Source of the DNA: an uncultured Candidatus Binatia bacterium
Lineage (GTDB): Bacteria > Desulfobacterota > Binatia > UBA9968 > JAJDTQ01
Assembly (NCBI GenBank): GCA_964291295.2
Contig: OZ219754.1
Location: 3,200,001-3,264,000 of the forward strand
DNA: 64,000 nt
Direction of reading: 5' to 3'
The notes beneath the pieces were generated by a model. The model saw only the letters and a list, made by a program, of their open reading frames with translations. It ran no database searches and was not told where the DNA came from. Positions 47,596 to 57,687 of the stretch are shown here, piece after piece. The position numbers and the translations under genes were made by a program. Positions within the stretch are counted from its first letter, which is position 1, and each line of letters starts with the position of its first letter.

Positions 47596-49175
47596 GCCGC
47601 TCGGTCGTCGTCGCGGCCATTGACCCGCAACGCGATGCCCCTGCCGAAGGTCGCCTCGAACAGCCGTCCCTTCTCGTCCAGGTGCCAGCGCTCCAGCAGG
47701 CACCGCCCCATGGACTGGAGATCGATGGTCACCGAGCGGCGATGGACCGCCACCTTCAGGTCGTCCACCACGGAGCGATGCTCGTGGTCCAGAGCGTCGG
47801 CCACCCGGAGGATGGCGGCAAGCTTCGTGACCCATGCCTGCGCGTTATCGGACAGGGCGCGGAACGGCTCGTGTTTCCGCAGGTCGGGAAACGCCTTGCG
47901 ATGGTAGCGGGCGATGTTGGCGACAAGCTCCAGCTGCCGCGAGTCGAGTCCCAGGATCTCCGAGTTGCGTATGAGATAGCCGCTGTGCTTGTGGTGTCCC
48001 GAGAGACTGACGAAGTCGCCGATGTCATGCAGCGTGGCGGCCACGCGCAGCAGCCGCCGCGCCTCCCCGGGCAACCCGTGCAGCGGCGCCAACTGATCGA
48101 AGAGCCGTTCCGACAGATAACGCACCTGGCGCGCGTGCCCGTGGTGAAAGTGGTACTTCTGCCCCAGGGCGGCGGCCGCCCTGATGATGCCGGTCTCCTC
48201 GGAGGTGGCATCCCAGGACTGCCGGAACCGGTCGATCATCTCCACCAGCACGCCATCCTTGAGCCCTACGCCGGGCGCGTACAATCCGCGTGAGCCCGGC
48301 ACCTTGCTCGCCACCTCGCTCAGCACGATGGCGGCGGGGAGCACCACGTCGGCGCGGTCGGGCTTCATGCCGTACCGATCCTGACGCTCGGTCACGCTCA
48401 GCCGGGAAAGCTCCTTGAGAAGGGTCTGCAGGCCGCGCAACGGGATGAAACCCACGTCTTTCGGAACGCCCGCGTCCGCCCGCCCGGACGCGGTCCCGAT
48501 GAGGGCGGCGAGGTCCTCCACGTTGCCGCCGGTACCGGCGATCAGGTCGATCTCGTGCGCGTTGACCGCGTTCAGGGTAGCCTCCATCAACTGGTCCATG
48601 TAGGCGCGCAGCAACAGAATCTGGATGTCCGACACGCGCTCGCTCCGAAGAAACGTCTCGTGCAGCCTCACCGCGCCCAGCCGCAGGCTGTTGGAGTAGA
48701 CGATGAAGCCCTGGTCGATGACATCGAACTCCACGCTGCCACCGCCGATGTCGATGGCCAGCACGGTCTTGTCCCGGAGGTTCAGCCGGCGGGCCACCGC
48801 GAACTGGACCAGCCGCGCCTCCTCCACCCCGGAGATGCGCTCGAGCTGAATGCCCGTGTGGCTGAACACCCGCTGCACCAGCACGCTGCCGTTGACGGCT
48901 TCCCGGGTGGCACTGGTGGCGACGGCGCGAACCGAGCCCACCTTCCACTTGTCGATGGCGGCGCGGAACTCGCCGAAGGCCTCCACCGCCTGCTCCATCA
49001 GCCCCTCGTTGAGAAAGCCGGTCAGGAAGACTTCGTGCCCCAGGCGAACCGGCGCCCTCATCTGGCACAGGTTCTTGACCGAACCGTCCGCCTCCAGCCC
49101 GACGATCTTGAGCCGCATGGCGTTGGAACCGACGTCGATGGCGGCAAAGACGGCCGGTTCCGTTCCCTTCTTCAT
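47592..49175 (-). CDS. ppx: Exopolyphosphatase Ppx/GppA
   Basis: AIDVGSN, ATSATREA, DIGGGSVE, LHDIG, HHKHS. Confidence 0.93.
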   Translation of the reverse strand: MKKGTEPAVFAAIDVGSNAMRLKIVGLEADGSVKNLCQMRAPVRLGHEVFLTGFLNEGLMEQAVEAFGEFRAAIDKWKVGSVRAVATSATREAVNGSVLVQRVFSHTGIQLERISGVEEARLVQFAVARRLNLRDKTVLAIDIGGGSVEFDVIDQGFIVYSNSLRLGAVRLHETFLRSERVSDIQILLLRAYMDQLMEATLNAVNAHEIDLIAGTGGNVEDLAALIGTASGRADAGVPKDVGFIPLRGLQTLLKELSRLSVTERQDRYGMKPDRADVVLPAAIVLSEVASKVPGSRGLYAPGVGLKDGVLVEMIDRFRQSWDATSEETGIIRAAAALGQKYHFHHGHARQVRYLSERLFDQLAPLHGLPGEARRLLRVAATLHDIGDFVSLSGHHKHSGYLIRNSEILGLDSRQLELVANIARYHRKAFPDLRKHEPFRALSDNAQAWVTKLAAILRVADALDHEHRSVVDDLKVAVHRRSVTIDLQSMGRCLLERWHLDEKGRLFEATFGRGIALRVNGRDDDRAA

Positions 49176-49375
49176 GACGCCTCCCCGAGGTCAGTATACA
49201 CAAGCCCGGCATGTACGAACCCACGAGCCACATCCCGGACGCGCCCGCCAACATGGCGGCACCACGTGGCCGGGCGCTCTCCGACTCGCTCCGGTCTCAT
49301 GACCGTCGGACGCACCGGGATGAAGGGCCGGGAGGGGGGCGCCGGGGGTGCCGGGACCAAGGGCGCCAGGATGGG

Positions 49376-50659
49376 CTATCGCTTCAGACAACAGCGCTTG
49401 TACTTGCGGCCGCTGCCGCAGGGACAGGGATCGTTGCGCCCGACTTCGGGCCGGGCCGCGGCATCCGCCTCCCGCACGAACCCCATGACCTTCTCGATGG
49501 GCTCGCCCTGCTGCCAAAGGCCGGCCATGGTGCTCAGGTGCGCGCGGCTGTGGATGAAGAATTTCTTGTAGCCGGCGCAGAGGTAGTTGAGCCCATCCTC
49601 CCCGTCCGGGGTCTTGAGGAAGCGGTCCTTGGGACAGCCGCCGTTGCACTGGGCGCGCACCTCGCACTGGCGGCAGTAGCGCGGCAGCGACGTCCACTTG
49701 TCGCGGCCGAACTTTCGCTGGGCGTCGCTGTCCACCAGGTTGGCGACGGAGGTCTCGCGGATGTTGCCGACCCGGTGGTCCGTGTTCACGTAGTGGTCGC
49801 AGGAGTAGAAGTCCCCGTTATGTTCGATTGCGGGCACGTCGCCGCAGGTCTCCCGGAAGATGCACAGGGCGTGCTCGATACCCAGGCCGGTGCGGGCCGC
49901 CTCGTCGAAGATCTGGATGGTCACCCGGCCCACGTCGTTGCGGATCCACTCGTCGAAGATGGCGCACAGGAACGTGCCAAAAGCCTCCGCGGGTACGCTG
50001 CGGGGGCTCACCGCGCCATCCCCGGGCCGCCGCTCCACCAGCGGGATGAACTGCTGGTGGTCCGCCCCGAGGCTCTTGAAGTAGCGGTACAGGGCGATGG
50101 GATGGCCGACGTTGCCGGCGTGGACCACGCACAGCACGTCACACGGCACCCCACGGGCCCTGAGGCGCCGGTAGGCCTGCACCACCTTCCGGTGGGTGGG
50201 CTGCCCGCCCTTGGTCACGCGGTAAGCGTCGTGGAGCTTCTCGGGGCCGTCGAGGCTCAGTCCGACGGAGAAACCCTCTTCGGCGAAGAACCGGCACCAT
50301 TCGTCGTCGAGCAGGACTCCGTTGGTCTGAAGGCCGTTGCGGACCTTGCGGTCCGGGGGACAGTGCTTGTACTGGAGCGCGACCACCTCCCGGAAGTAGT
50401 CGAGGCCCAGGAGGGTGGGCTCGCCGCCGTGCCAGGCGAAGTCGACGACCGGGTCCGGGCAGGCTTCGATGTGCTGCGCGATGTACTCTTCCAGCACGTC
50501 CCGCTCCATGCGAAAGGACCGGGTCTGCGGGTACAGCGCTTCCTTCTCCAGGTAATAGCAGTAGACGCAGTCCAGATTGCAGATGGCGCCGGTGGGCTTC
50601 GCCATGATCTGGAAGCTGCGGGAGGCGGGCCGACCGGCCCGGATCGATTCGACCGGCAT
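49376..50659 (-). CDS. Anaerobic sulfatase maturase-like radical SAM/SPASM protein with SEC-C tail
   Basis: CNLDCVYCYY, WHGGEP, YSCDHY, CNGGCPK, GRNDPCPCGSGRKYKRCC. Confidence 0.93.
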   Translation of the reverse strand: MPVESIRAGRPASRSFQIMAKPTGAICNLDCVYCYYLEKEALYPQTRSFRMERDVLEEYIAQHIEACPDPVVDFAWHGGEPTLLGLDYFREVVALQYKHCPPDRKVRNGLQTNGVLLDDEWCRFFAEEGFSVGLSLDGPEKLHDAYRVTKGGQPTHRKVVQAYRRLRARGVPCDVLCVVHAGNVGHPIALYRYFKSLGADHQQFIPLVERRPGDGAVSPRSVPAEAFGTFLCAIFDEWIRNDVGRVTIQIFDEAARTGLGIEHALCIFRETCGDVPAIEHNGDFYSCDHYVNTDHRVGNIRETSVANLVDSDAQRKFGRDKWTSLPRYCRQCEVRAQCNGGCPKDRFLKTPDGEDGLNYLCAGYKKFFIHSRAHLSTMAGLWQQGEPIEKVMGFVREADAAARPEVGRNDPCPCGSGRKYKRCCLKR

Positions 50660-50753
50660 GTGGAGACCCTCCCGCCGGGAGAAGGGGAACCGTCCCCTGC
50701 CATCCCATTCGGGAGCGGCGGGAGCGACCGGCGGGTCGCCCCCTCGGCTGCTC

Positions 50754-51614
50754 CTATTCCATGCCGAAGAACTTCCTGGCGTTGTCCAGCATGAGCTTCT
50801 GCTTGACTTCCGGCTTGATGGTGAGCTTGGCGAAGTCCTCCAGCCAGCGCTCCACGCCGATGGCCGGCCAGTCGGAGCCGAACATGGCCTTGTCCTGAAG
50901 GATCGAGTTCACCTGCTGGACCAGCTCGGCAGCGAAATACTTGGGCGACCAGCCCGACAGGTCGATGTAGAAATTGCTCTTGTGGCGGGCGATGGCAAGA
51001 CTCTCGGCGGTCCAGGGCCACGACGGATGGGCGCAGATGATCTTCAGCTCGGGAAAGTCCGCGGCCACGTCATCCAGGTGGATCGGCTGGGTGAACTTGA
51101 GCTTGTTGCCCATGCCCCCGGGGGTGCCGGCGCCGGCGCCGGCCATGCCGCTGTGGAAAAGGATCGGCAGCTCGAGCTTCTGGCACTCCTCCCACAGCGG
51201 GTAGAAGCGCGTGTCGTTGGGGAAGAACTGCTGGCGGGCGGGGTTGATCTCGCCCACGCCGTGCAGCCCCAGATCCTTGATGCGTCGGATCTCCTGCAGC
51301 GCCACCTTCTGCTGCCACGGATCGATGACGCCGAAGCCCATGAATACGTCGGCGTTCCGCTTCACGCCGTCGGCCACGTGCTGGTTGGGCACCGGTTTCA
51401 GCCCCGTGATGGTTTCATCGGTGGTGTTCTGGATCACGGCCATCATGTTGCGCGCACGATACTCGTCCGCCATCTCGTCGATGGAGACGGGCTTGCGTTC
51501 CCGCTTGAAGTACTGGGCCATCTGCTTCGGACGATCGCCCTTGGAACTCAAGGTCAGTTCGTCGCAAAGGTGTACGTGCACGTCAATGGCCATCGGTTCC
51601 GTAATCGGGTCCAT
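50754..51614 (-). CDS. Amidohydrolase_2 family protein
   Basis: IDVHVH, FHSG, CAHPSWPW, DLSGWSPKY, FGSDWP. Confidence 0.92.
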   Translation of the reverse strand: MDPITEPMAIDVHVHLCDELTLSSKGDRPKQMAQYFKRERKPVSIDEMADEYRARNMMAVIQNTTDETITGLKPVPNQHVADGVKRNADVFMGFGVIDPWQQKVALQEIRRIKDLGLHGVGEINPARQQFFPNDTRFYPLWEECQKLELPILFHSGMAGAGAGTPGGMGNKLKFTQPIHLDDVAADFPELKIICAHPSWPWTAESLAIARHKSNFYIDLSGWSPKYFAAELVQQVNSILQDKAMFGSDWPAIGVERWLEDFAKLTIKPEVKQKLMLDNARKFFGME

Positions 51615-51739
51615 ACAGCAATCCTCCCTGGAGTGTCACGAAAGTAGGCGGCGGCAGCGCGCCGCTGCCGGAATAGCTAGCACGATCCGCGGCGGCTGAC
51701 CAGCATGGCCGGCACATTTACCGCGCCGTATGCGTACGC

Positions 51740-52222
51740 TCATGCCCAGGGCGCGGCGGTCAACTCTTCGAGGACCGTGTCGAGCATCTGCCGCATGAAC
51801 GCCGCCGGGGCGCCCCGGTCCAACTCGTAGCGGACGCCGGTGCACAACGTGACTCCCGGTTCCTGATCTTCCAGAACCGTGTGGAGCTCCACCTGGAACA
51901 GCGCGAAGGGGGTATCGCCAAGTCGCTCGCGCGTCCGCCGGGCGTCACCCTTGAGATAGAAGTTCAGGCCGTGGTCGGTCACCACCAAGGTCAGGGCGCC
52001 GGTGCGCACAAGGTTCCGTTCCGTGGTGCTGTTCCTGCCCACCGCCAGATGAAGGCGTCCCGGGCTCTTGGCCACCAGCTCGTAGTAGGATCCCATGGCC
52101 GGATGGGCCCAGCCCTTCTCGTCCACCGTGGCCATGATGAACACCTTGCCGGCCTCCACCGACTTGCCGCTCGTCAACGCGAACAGCGCCTCCGGCATTT
52201 CCTTTCCCACCAATCGTGACAT
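51740..52222 (-). CDS. Pyridoxamine 5'-phosphate oxidase-like FMN-binding protein
   Basis: MATVDEKGWAH, STTERNL. Confidence 0.78.
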   Translation of the reverse strand: MSRLVGKEMPEALFALTSGKSVEAGKVFIMATVDEKGWAHPAMGSYYELVAKSPGRLHLAVGRNSTTERNLVRTGALTLVVTDHGLNFYLKGDARRTRERLGDTPFALFQVELHTVLEDQEPGVTLCTGVRYELDRGAPAAFMRQMLDTVLEELTAAPWA

Positions 52223-52270
52223 GGTGCGGTCCTTCCTGGTTCGAGCGGCCGGGGTTCCGACCCGGCGGCG

Positions 52271-52744
52271 TCAGCCCGGGTCCAGAGCCAGCTCCCGCCG
52301 CTTGCCGAACCCTTGCCGGTTGTCGATGTAATACAGCGTCTCCGGAATCACGCGGTAGAACTTCACCTTGAGAAAGGCCCGATGATAGATGCCGCTTTCG
52401 GGATCGGTGAACAGGCTGATGATGCCGGGATACTTCTTCGCGTAGACGGCCATGGCCTTGCCCTTGGCCAGCACCGAATCGACGCGTTCCGCCCTTCCCT
52501 CGAGCTGGATCCCCTTGATCTCCCGCCAGTCCCTGTAGTCCTCCTGGACCGTCACCGCCACCCGGGGGTTGGCCGCGAGGTTGGCGCAGTGGCGCGAGTC
52601 AGGAGCGGAGAAGAAATAGAGCTGAAACCCGTCGCTGGCGTAGAAGACCGTGGCGTTCCACGGCACCCCGCGCAGGCAGGTGCCGAGGGTCATGGTGTTG
52701 TGGGTCCGGAGGTACTCGAGAATCTGTTCCTCAAGTTCGGGCAT
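52271..52744 (-). CDS. Pyridoxamine 5'-phosphate oxidase-like (YhbP-type) protein
   Basis: MTLGT, VFYA, SRHCANL, IKGIQLEG, IDNRQGFG. Confidence 0.88.
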   Translation of the reverse strand: MPELEEQILEYLRTHNTMTLGTCLRGVPWNATVFYASDGFQLYFFSAPDSRHCANLAANPRVAVTVQEDYRDWREIKGIQLEGRAERVDSVLAKGKAMAVYAKKYPGIISLFTDPESGIYHRAFLKVKFYRVIPETLYYIDNRQGFGKRRELALDPG

Positions 52745-52787
52745 GTGGGAATCGGCCGGCCGGCGTCGAACCGCGCGCGTCGACCGC

Positions 52788-53381
52788 CTACTCCTTGTCT
52801 CCGGGATAGCGGCTCAGGGACGCCTCGTCCCACCGGTGGAACATGTCGGTCTCGATCTCGAACTGGTCCAGGATGCGGGCCACGGTCTGGTTGATGACGT
52901 CGTCCAGGCTCTCCGGGCGGTGATAGAAGGCCGGCACCGGCGGGAAGATCACCGCGCCCATGCGGGTGAGCTGTGCCATGCTCTCCAGGTGGCCCAGGTG
53001 CAACGGGGTCTCGCGCACCACCAGCACCAGCTTCTTCCGCTCCTTGAGGATCACGTCGGAGGCGCGCACCAGCAGGTCGCCGCCGACGGAGAGCACGATG
53101 CCGCCCATGGACTTCATGGAGCACGGCGCGATGACCATGCCCGCGGTGCGGAAGGAGCCGCTGGCGATGCTCGCGCCGATGTTCTGGATATCGTGCACCA
53201 CGTCCGCCAGGCCTTCCACCTCCTTCGCCGTGTGCGGTGTCTCCACCTGGAGCGTCATCCTGGCGGCCTTGCTCATGACCAGGTGGGTCTCGATGTCCGG
53301 GATCGGCGCCAGAACCTGGAGGATGCGGATGCCGTAGATCGATCCGGTGGCTCCCGACAATCCTACGATGAGACGACGCAT
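52788..53381 (-). CDS. ubiX: Flavin prenyltransferase UbiX
   Basis: GLSGATG, IASGS, APCSM, RETPL, PVPAFY. Confidence 0.96.
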   Translation of the reverse strand: MRRLIVGLSGATGSIYGIRILQVLAPIPDIETHLVMSKAARMTLQVETPHTAKEVEGLADVVHDIQNIGASIASGSFRTAGMVIAPCSMKSMGGIVLSVGGDLLVRASDVILKERKKLVLVVRETPLHLGHLESMAQLTRMGAVIFPPVPAFYHRPESLDDVINQTVARILDQFEIETDMFHRWDEASLSRYPGDKE

Positions 53382-53387
53382 GCTGAT

Positions 53388-53891
53388 TTACCTCCTGTAA
53401 CCGCCCTGTTTCCCGTATGGGGTGCGCCGCGTTCCGCCGGCCCCGGGCGCCCTGCCGGGCGACGGCGGACCGCCGAAGACCACCATCAACGCGTCCCCGT
53501 CCCGCACCGAGTGGGCCTGCTTCAACGAAACGGCGGCGACGATCTCCAGCTTGTCGGCGGGATAGTTCTCCACCGCCGGCACCACCACCGCGACCCGCCT
53601 CCGGAAGCCCGTCGCGGGCGCCCATCCCTGGACAAAGCCCGTGAGCAGGAAAGCGTTGCAGAAGGCCGGATCCGGCGGCAGCAGCATCACCCGGCTGCCG
53701 TGTTGCCTGACTTGGCCCCACCGGTCCAGGTCGTCGCCGTGCACCCGCAGATTGAGCGTGCCGGGATAGGGGTCGAAGCCGACCCGCTCCCTGACCGCGT
53801 TCCGCACCCAGTCGATGCCCAGGAACGCGCCGGCCCGGCCCAGGTCCGAGAACACCACTCCCTTGACCAGAATGTCGCGGTCGAGGCTCAA
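53388..53891 (-). CDS. CTP-dependent (archaeal-type, DUF120) riboflavin kinase
   Basis: GVVFSDLG, GFDPYPGTLNL, LEIVAAVSLK, DGD; TTG start overlapping the XdhC stop. Confidence 0.82.
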   Translation of the reverse strand: MSLDRDILVKGVVFSDLGRAGAFLGIDWVRNAVRERVGFDPYPGTLNLRVHGDDLDRWGQVRQHGSRVMLLPPDPAFCNAFLLTGFVQGWAPATGFRRRVAVVVPAVENYPADKLEIVAAVSLKQAHSVRDGDALMVVFGGPPSPGRAPGAGGTRRTPYGKQGGYRR

Positions 53892-54661
53892 CGGTTCCGG
53901 GACAGGGACTGCGCCTTGCCGCCGCGCCGGACCTTGATGATCTCGCCCAGGATGCCCAACGCGATCTCCTCGGGAGTCTCGGTGCCGATGTCGAGCCCGA
54001 TGGGAGCGTAGACTCGGGACAGGAGTTCCTCGGAGATCTGCTCCTCGTCCTTGAAGCGCTCGAAGCAAGCCTTGATTCGCCGCCGGCTGCCGATCATGCC
54101 GATATACTTGGCCGGCCGTCCCAACAGCTCGCGCAGGCACGGCTCATCGTACTTGTGGCCGCGGGTGATAAGGACCACGTAGGTGGTCGGGGTGATGTCG
54201 AGCGCCTTCACGGTCTCGGCCATGTCACCCACCACCACCTCGTCGGCGGCGGGGAATCGCTCACGGTTGGCAAAGAGCATGCGGTCGTCGATCACCACCA
54301 CGTGGTAGTCCATGAGCTTGGCGATCTTCACCAGCGGCACCGCGATATGTCCGGCGCCGACGACGACCAGCTTCGGCGGCGCCGGCATCACCTCGAAAAA
54401 GACATCCGCCTGCCCCCCTGACGCGGTCTCCAGCGACACCAGTCGGGAGTGCTCGTCCGAGAGCCGCTCGGCCGCCTCCCGGACCAACGCCTGCTCGAGT
54501 TCCGGGTCGCTCACCGCGCCCAGTACCATGCGCCCGTCCCGGAACAGGCACTTGGTGCCGCTGTCGAAACCGTCGAGGCCCCTGGACTCCACCACCGTGA
54601 CGAGCACCGCGCCCGCACCCTCCCTCTCGATCCTGATCAGTTCCTGAACCAGTGCGTCCAT
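53888..54661 (-). CDS. XdhC/CoxF family molybdenum-cofactor chaperone
   Basis: VGAGHIA, IDDR, ITRGH, YIGMIGSRR, APIGLDIGTETPEEIA. Confidence 0.93.
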   Translation of the reverse strand: MDALVQELIRIEREGAGAVLVTVVESRGLDGFDSGTKCLFRDGRMVLGAVSDPELEQALVREAAERLSDEHSRLVSLETASGGQADVFFEVMPAPPKLVVVGAGHIAVPLVKIAKLMDYHVVVIDDRMLFANRERFPAADEVVVGDMAETVKALDITPTTYVVLITRGHKYDEPCLRELLGRPAKYIGMIGSRRRIKACFERFKDEEQISEELLSRVYAPIGLDIGTETPEEIALGILGEIIKVRRGGKAQSLSRNR

Positions 54662-54720
54662 TCGTCCTCGCCCTTGCCGTCTCGCGCCGTCCCGTGGTGC
54701 GGCGCTCCCGCCCGGACTCC

Positions 54721-55050
54721 TCAGTCGGTCTCCGGGTCCTTCCACCAGGGATCGATGAAGACGTTCATGATGCCGCCGCATACCGCCGGACTGTCGGACG
54801 AGATGTCGTCCAGAAGATCCACGCGCACGGTGCGGGGCTTGCGCGTGCGCACCACCTCGATGGCCTCGCGCCGCACGTCGGCCTCGCCGCACCCGCCGCC
54901 GATGGTGCCGAGTATCTCGCCCCACGCCGTCACCACCATCTTGGCTCCCACCTCCCGGGGCGTGGAGCCCCGGGTGGAGACGATGGTGGCCACCGCCACG
55001 GTTTCGCCCTTGTCGAGGAACTCCCTGACATCATCGTAGATGGATTCCAT
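54721..55050 (-). CDS. XdhC/CoxI N-terminal domain protein
   Basis: GSTPREVGAKM, GTIGGGCGE, CGG. Confidence 0.9.
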   Translation of the reverse strand: MESIYDDVREFLDKGETVAVATIVSTRGSTPREVGAKMVVTAWGEILGTIGGGCGEADVRREAIEVVRTRKPRTVRVDLLDDISSDSPAVCGGIMNVFIDPWWKDPETD

Positions 55051-55103
55051 GCATGCCTCCTTGCGGCGCCGGCCGCCGCACCACGCGACAGACCCCGCCC
55101 GCC

Positions 55104-56327
55104 TCAGGCCACCAGCCGGCGCATGGTGTGGCCGAGATGGACCAGACTGTTGGCGTTGTGCGCCGAAAGAAACAGGTCCAGATACGGCAGCGCCGCCTGC
55201 ATGCCCTTGCACAAGGGCTCGTAGTTCTCGCTGGCCAGCAGCGGATTGAGCCAGATCATCTTGCCGCAACGCCGCTTGAGGGCCTGCATCTGCCGTTCCA
55301 GCACGCCCACGTCGCCCCGGTCCCAGCCGTCGCTGATGATGACCACGACGGTTCGGTGGGTGACCATGCTGACCGCGAAGTCCCGGTTGAATATCTCCAG
55401 CGACCGCCCGATGTTGGTGCCGCCGGACCACCCCAGCACGCTCCGGGATATCTTCTCCAGCGCGTTGCCGATGTTCTTGGTGCGGATCAGATGGGTGATG
55501 CGGCTCAGGGTGGTACTGAAGACGAAGGTCTCCACCCCCCACAGCTCGTTCTGCAACCCGTACATGAACTGGATCAGAAAGCGGCTGTAGCAGTCCATGG
55601 AGCCGCTCACGTCGCACAGGAGCACCACCCGGGTCTTCTTGATGCGGCGCTTGCGCGCCACCAGTTCCACCAGTTCGCCGCCATACTTGATGTTGCGCCG
55701 CATGGTGCTGCGGGGATCGATTTCCGTACCCCAGCGGGCCCGCTTCCGGCGCCGGCTCACCTGGGTTGCGATCTTCGAGGCGATGAGCAGGATGGCCTGG
55801 GTCACGGCCCGGCTCTCCTCGATGCCCATCTCGCTGAAGTCCTTTTCGTTGAGCTGCTCGTTGGGGCTGTAGGTGGGCACCCGCAGCGGGTCGGCATCAT
55901 CGGGGCTGTCATCGCCGGCATCCTGCCGCTCCACCAGCGTCTCATCCACGGTGCCGCCGTCGTCGTCGTCGGATGCATCCAGCGCCTCGTCCGGGCTCCG
56001 GGCCGGAACCTCCATGGTCTCGATGCCGTCTTCGATCTCCGGATCGCCTTTCCAGAAAGTATCGAACACCTGGTCGAAGAGCTCGATGTCCTCGTGGTCG
56101 TGGAGCAGGTTGGCGGCCAACGCCCGATGGAAGTCCGGCCGGCTCCGGATGTCGATATGCGGCAGAGATCGGTTGGCGTCGATGACCTGACTCAGGCCGA
56201 GGCGGAAGCCCAGATCCTTCAGCACCCGGCCGAACATCAGCAGATTGGCCAGCGTGCCCTGCTCCCGCAGCGGCCGGTAGCGCTCCACCGCGCGGAGGAT
56301 CTCGTCTTCATTCAGCTCTTTCGCCAT
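55104..56327 (-). CDS. CoxE-like VWA domain protein
   Basis: CDVSGSM, SGGTNIG, ISDGWDRG, IWLNP. Confidence 0.93.
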   Translation of the reverse strand: MAKELNEDEILRAVERYRPLREQGTLANLLMFGRVLKDLGFRLGLSQVIDANRSLPHIDIRSRPDFHRALAANLLHDHEDIELFDQVFDTFWKGDPEIEDGIETMEVPARSPDEALDASDDDDGGTVDETLVERQDAGDDSPDDADPLRVPTYSPNEQLNEKDFSEMGIEESRAVTQAILLIASKIATQVSRRRKRARWGTEIDPRSTMRRNIKYGGELVELVARKRRIKKTRVVLLCDVSGSMDCYSRFLIQFMYGLQNELWGVETFVFSTTLSRITHLIRTKNIGNALEKISRSVLGWSGGTNIGRSLEIFNRDFAVSMVTHRTVVVIISDGWDRGDVGVLERQMQALKRRCGKMIWLNPLLASENYEPLCKGMQAALPYLDLFLSAHNANSLVHLGHTMRRLVA

Positions 56328-56349
56328 GGTCCTGCCCGGGCCGGCGGCG

Positions 56350-57276
56350 CTAGTGATGTTCCACCACCGTGGCCGGTTCCTTGAGGATCCGCTCCATGTC
56401 GAGCTTGTCGCCGGACAGCTCTTCTTCCAGGTGGTGCAGGTCCTCGCGGTACTTGAACACGCACCCCACCGTCTCCTTCACGATCTCGGGGTCCAGCTCG
56501 GCGCGGTTCAGCAGCAGCAGCGCCGACGCCCAGTCCAGAGTCTCGGCCACTCCCGGCCGCTTGTAGAAGTTCATCTGCCGCACCTGCTGCATGAACGCGC
56601 AGATCTGCTCGGCCATGAGCACCTGGATCTCCGGGTACTTGGTCATGATGATCTCGTACTCCTTCTCGAAAGTGGGGTACTCGATCCAGTGATAGAGGCA
56701 CCGGCGCTTGAGGGCGTCGTGGATCTCCCGGGTGCGGTTGGAAGTCAGGAACACGTAGGGCCGCTTGTCGGCCCGGATGGTCCCCACCTCCGGGATGCTG
56801 ATCTGGAAGTCCGACAACACCTCCAGCAGGAACGCCTCGAATTCCATGTCCGCGCGGTCGATCTCGTCGATGAGCAGCACCGGCGGTTCGCCGCCGTCGG
56901 TGCGGATGGCATCCAGCAGCGGACGGCTGATGAGATAGTCCTCGGAGAAGATCTCGGTCTCCACCGACTCACGGTCCCGGGAGCCGATCTCCTCCAGCTT
57001 GATGCGCAGCATCTGCTTGGGATAGTTCCACTCGTAGAGGGCCGTGTTCGAATCCAGCCCTTCGTAGCACTGCAGCCGGATCAGCCGGGTCTGGAGAACA
57101 TCCGAGAGCACCTTGGCGATCTCGGTCTTGCCCACCCCCGCCTCGCCCTCCAGCAGGATCGGCTTGCCCAGCCGCACCGACAGGTAGACCACGGTGGCGA
57201 GGCTGCGGTCGCAGATGTACTTGCGCTCCCTCAGGGAATCCCGGATCGATTCGACGGTAATGCGGTCCAGATTCAT
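56350..57276 (-). CDS. CoxD-like MoxR AAA+ ATPase
   Basis: GEAGVGKT, RLQCYEGLD, LLIDEIDR, HDALKRRC, PGVAETLDW. Confidence 0.94.
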   Translation of the reverse strand: MNLDRITVESIRDSLRERKYICDRSLATVVYLSVRLGKPILLEGEAGVGKTEIAKVLSDVLQTRLIRLQCYEGLDSNTALYEWNYPKQMLRIKLEEIGSRDRESVETEIFSEDYLISRPLLDAIRTDGGEPPVLLIDEIDRADMEFEAFLLEVLSDFQISIPEVGTIRADKRPYVFLTSNRTREIHDALKRRCLYHWIEYPTFEKEYEIIMTKYPEIQVLMAEQICAFMQQVRQMNFYKRPGVAETLDWASALLLLNRAELDPEIVKETVGCVFKYREDLHHLEEELSGDKLDMERILKEPATVVEHH

Positions 57277-57354
57277 GCGTATTCCTTCTTTCGCGGACAT
57301 GCCCGTGTCTCGTGAATGCAATTTCGCGCGCGCCGGACGGCGGGACCGCCGCCG

Positions 57355-57687
57355 CTACCCGTCCCCGGCGAGCTGCCGTTTCCACCCCAGGGTTCTGGCC
57401 TTGGCGCCGACGGCTTCGGCCTCCTCGATCATCCCCTTGCGCTGGTAGAAGATGGACAGGCTCGTGTAGGCCAGTTCATCGTCGGGGCTCACCTCGACCA
57501 GGCGCCGGCCCACCTCGATGGCCTCGTCCAGCCGGTCCAGATTCGCGTACGCCATTCCCAGGGCGTGCAGCGCGTCGGCGTAGTCGGGGTCCTCGGCGAG
57601 CGCCTTCCGGTACGACTCGACGGCCTCGTCCACCCGGTCGTCGGCGTACGCTTCCATGCCCTGGATGTAGTATTCCTCTTTGGTCAT
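57355..57687 (-). CDS. TPR-repeat protein
   Basis: AVESYRKALAEDPDYADA, AYTSLS. Confidence 0.85.
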   Translation of the reverse strand: MTKEEYYIQGMEAYADDRVDEAVESYRKALAEDPDYADALHALGMAYANLDRLDEAIEVGRRLVEVSPDDELAYTSLSIFYQRKGMIEEAEAVGAKARTLGWKRQLAGDG

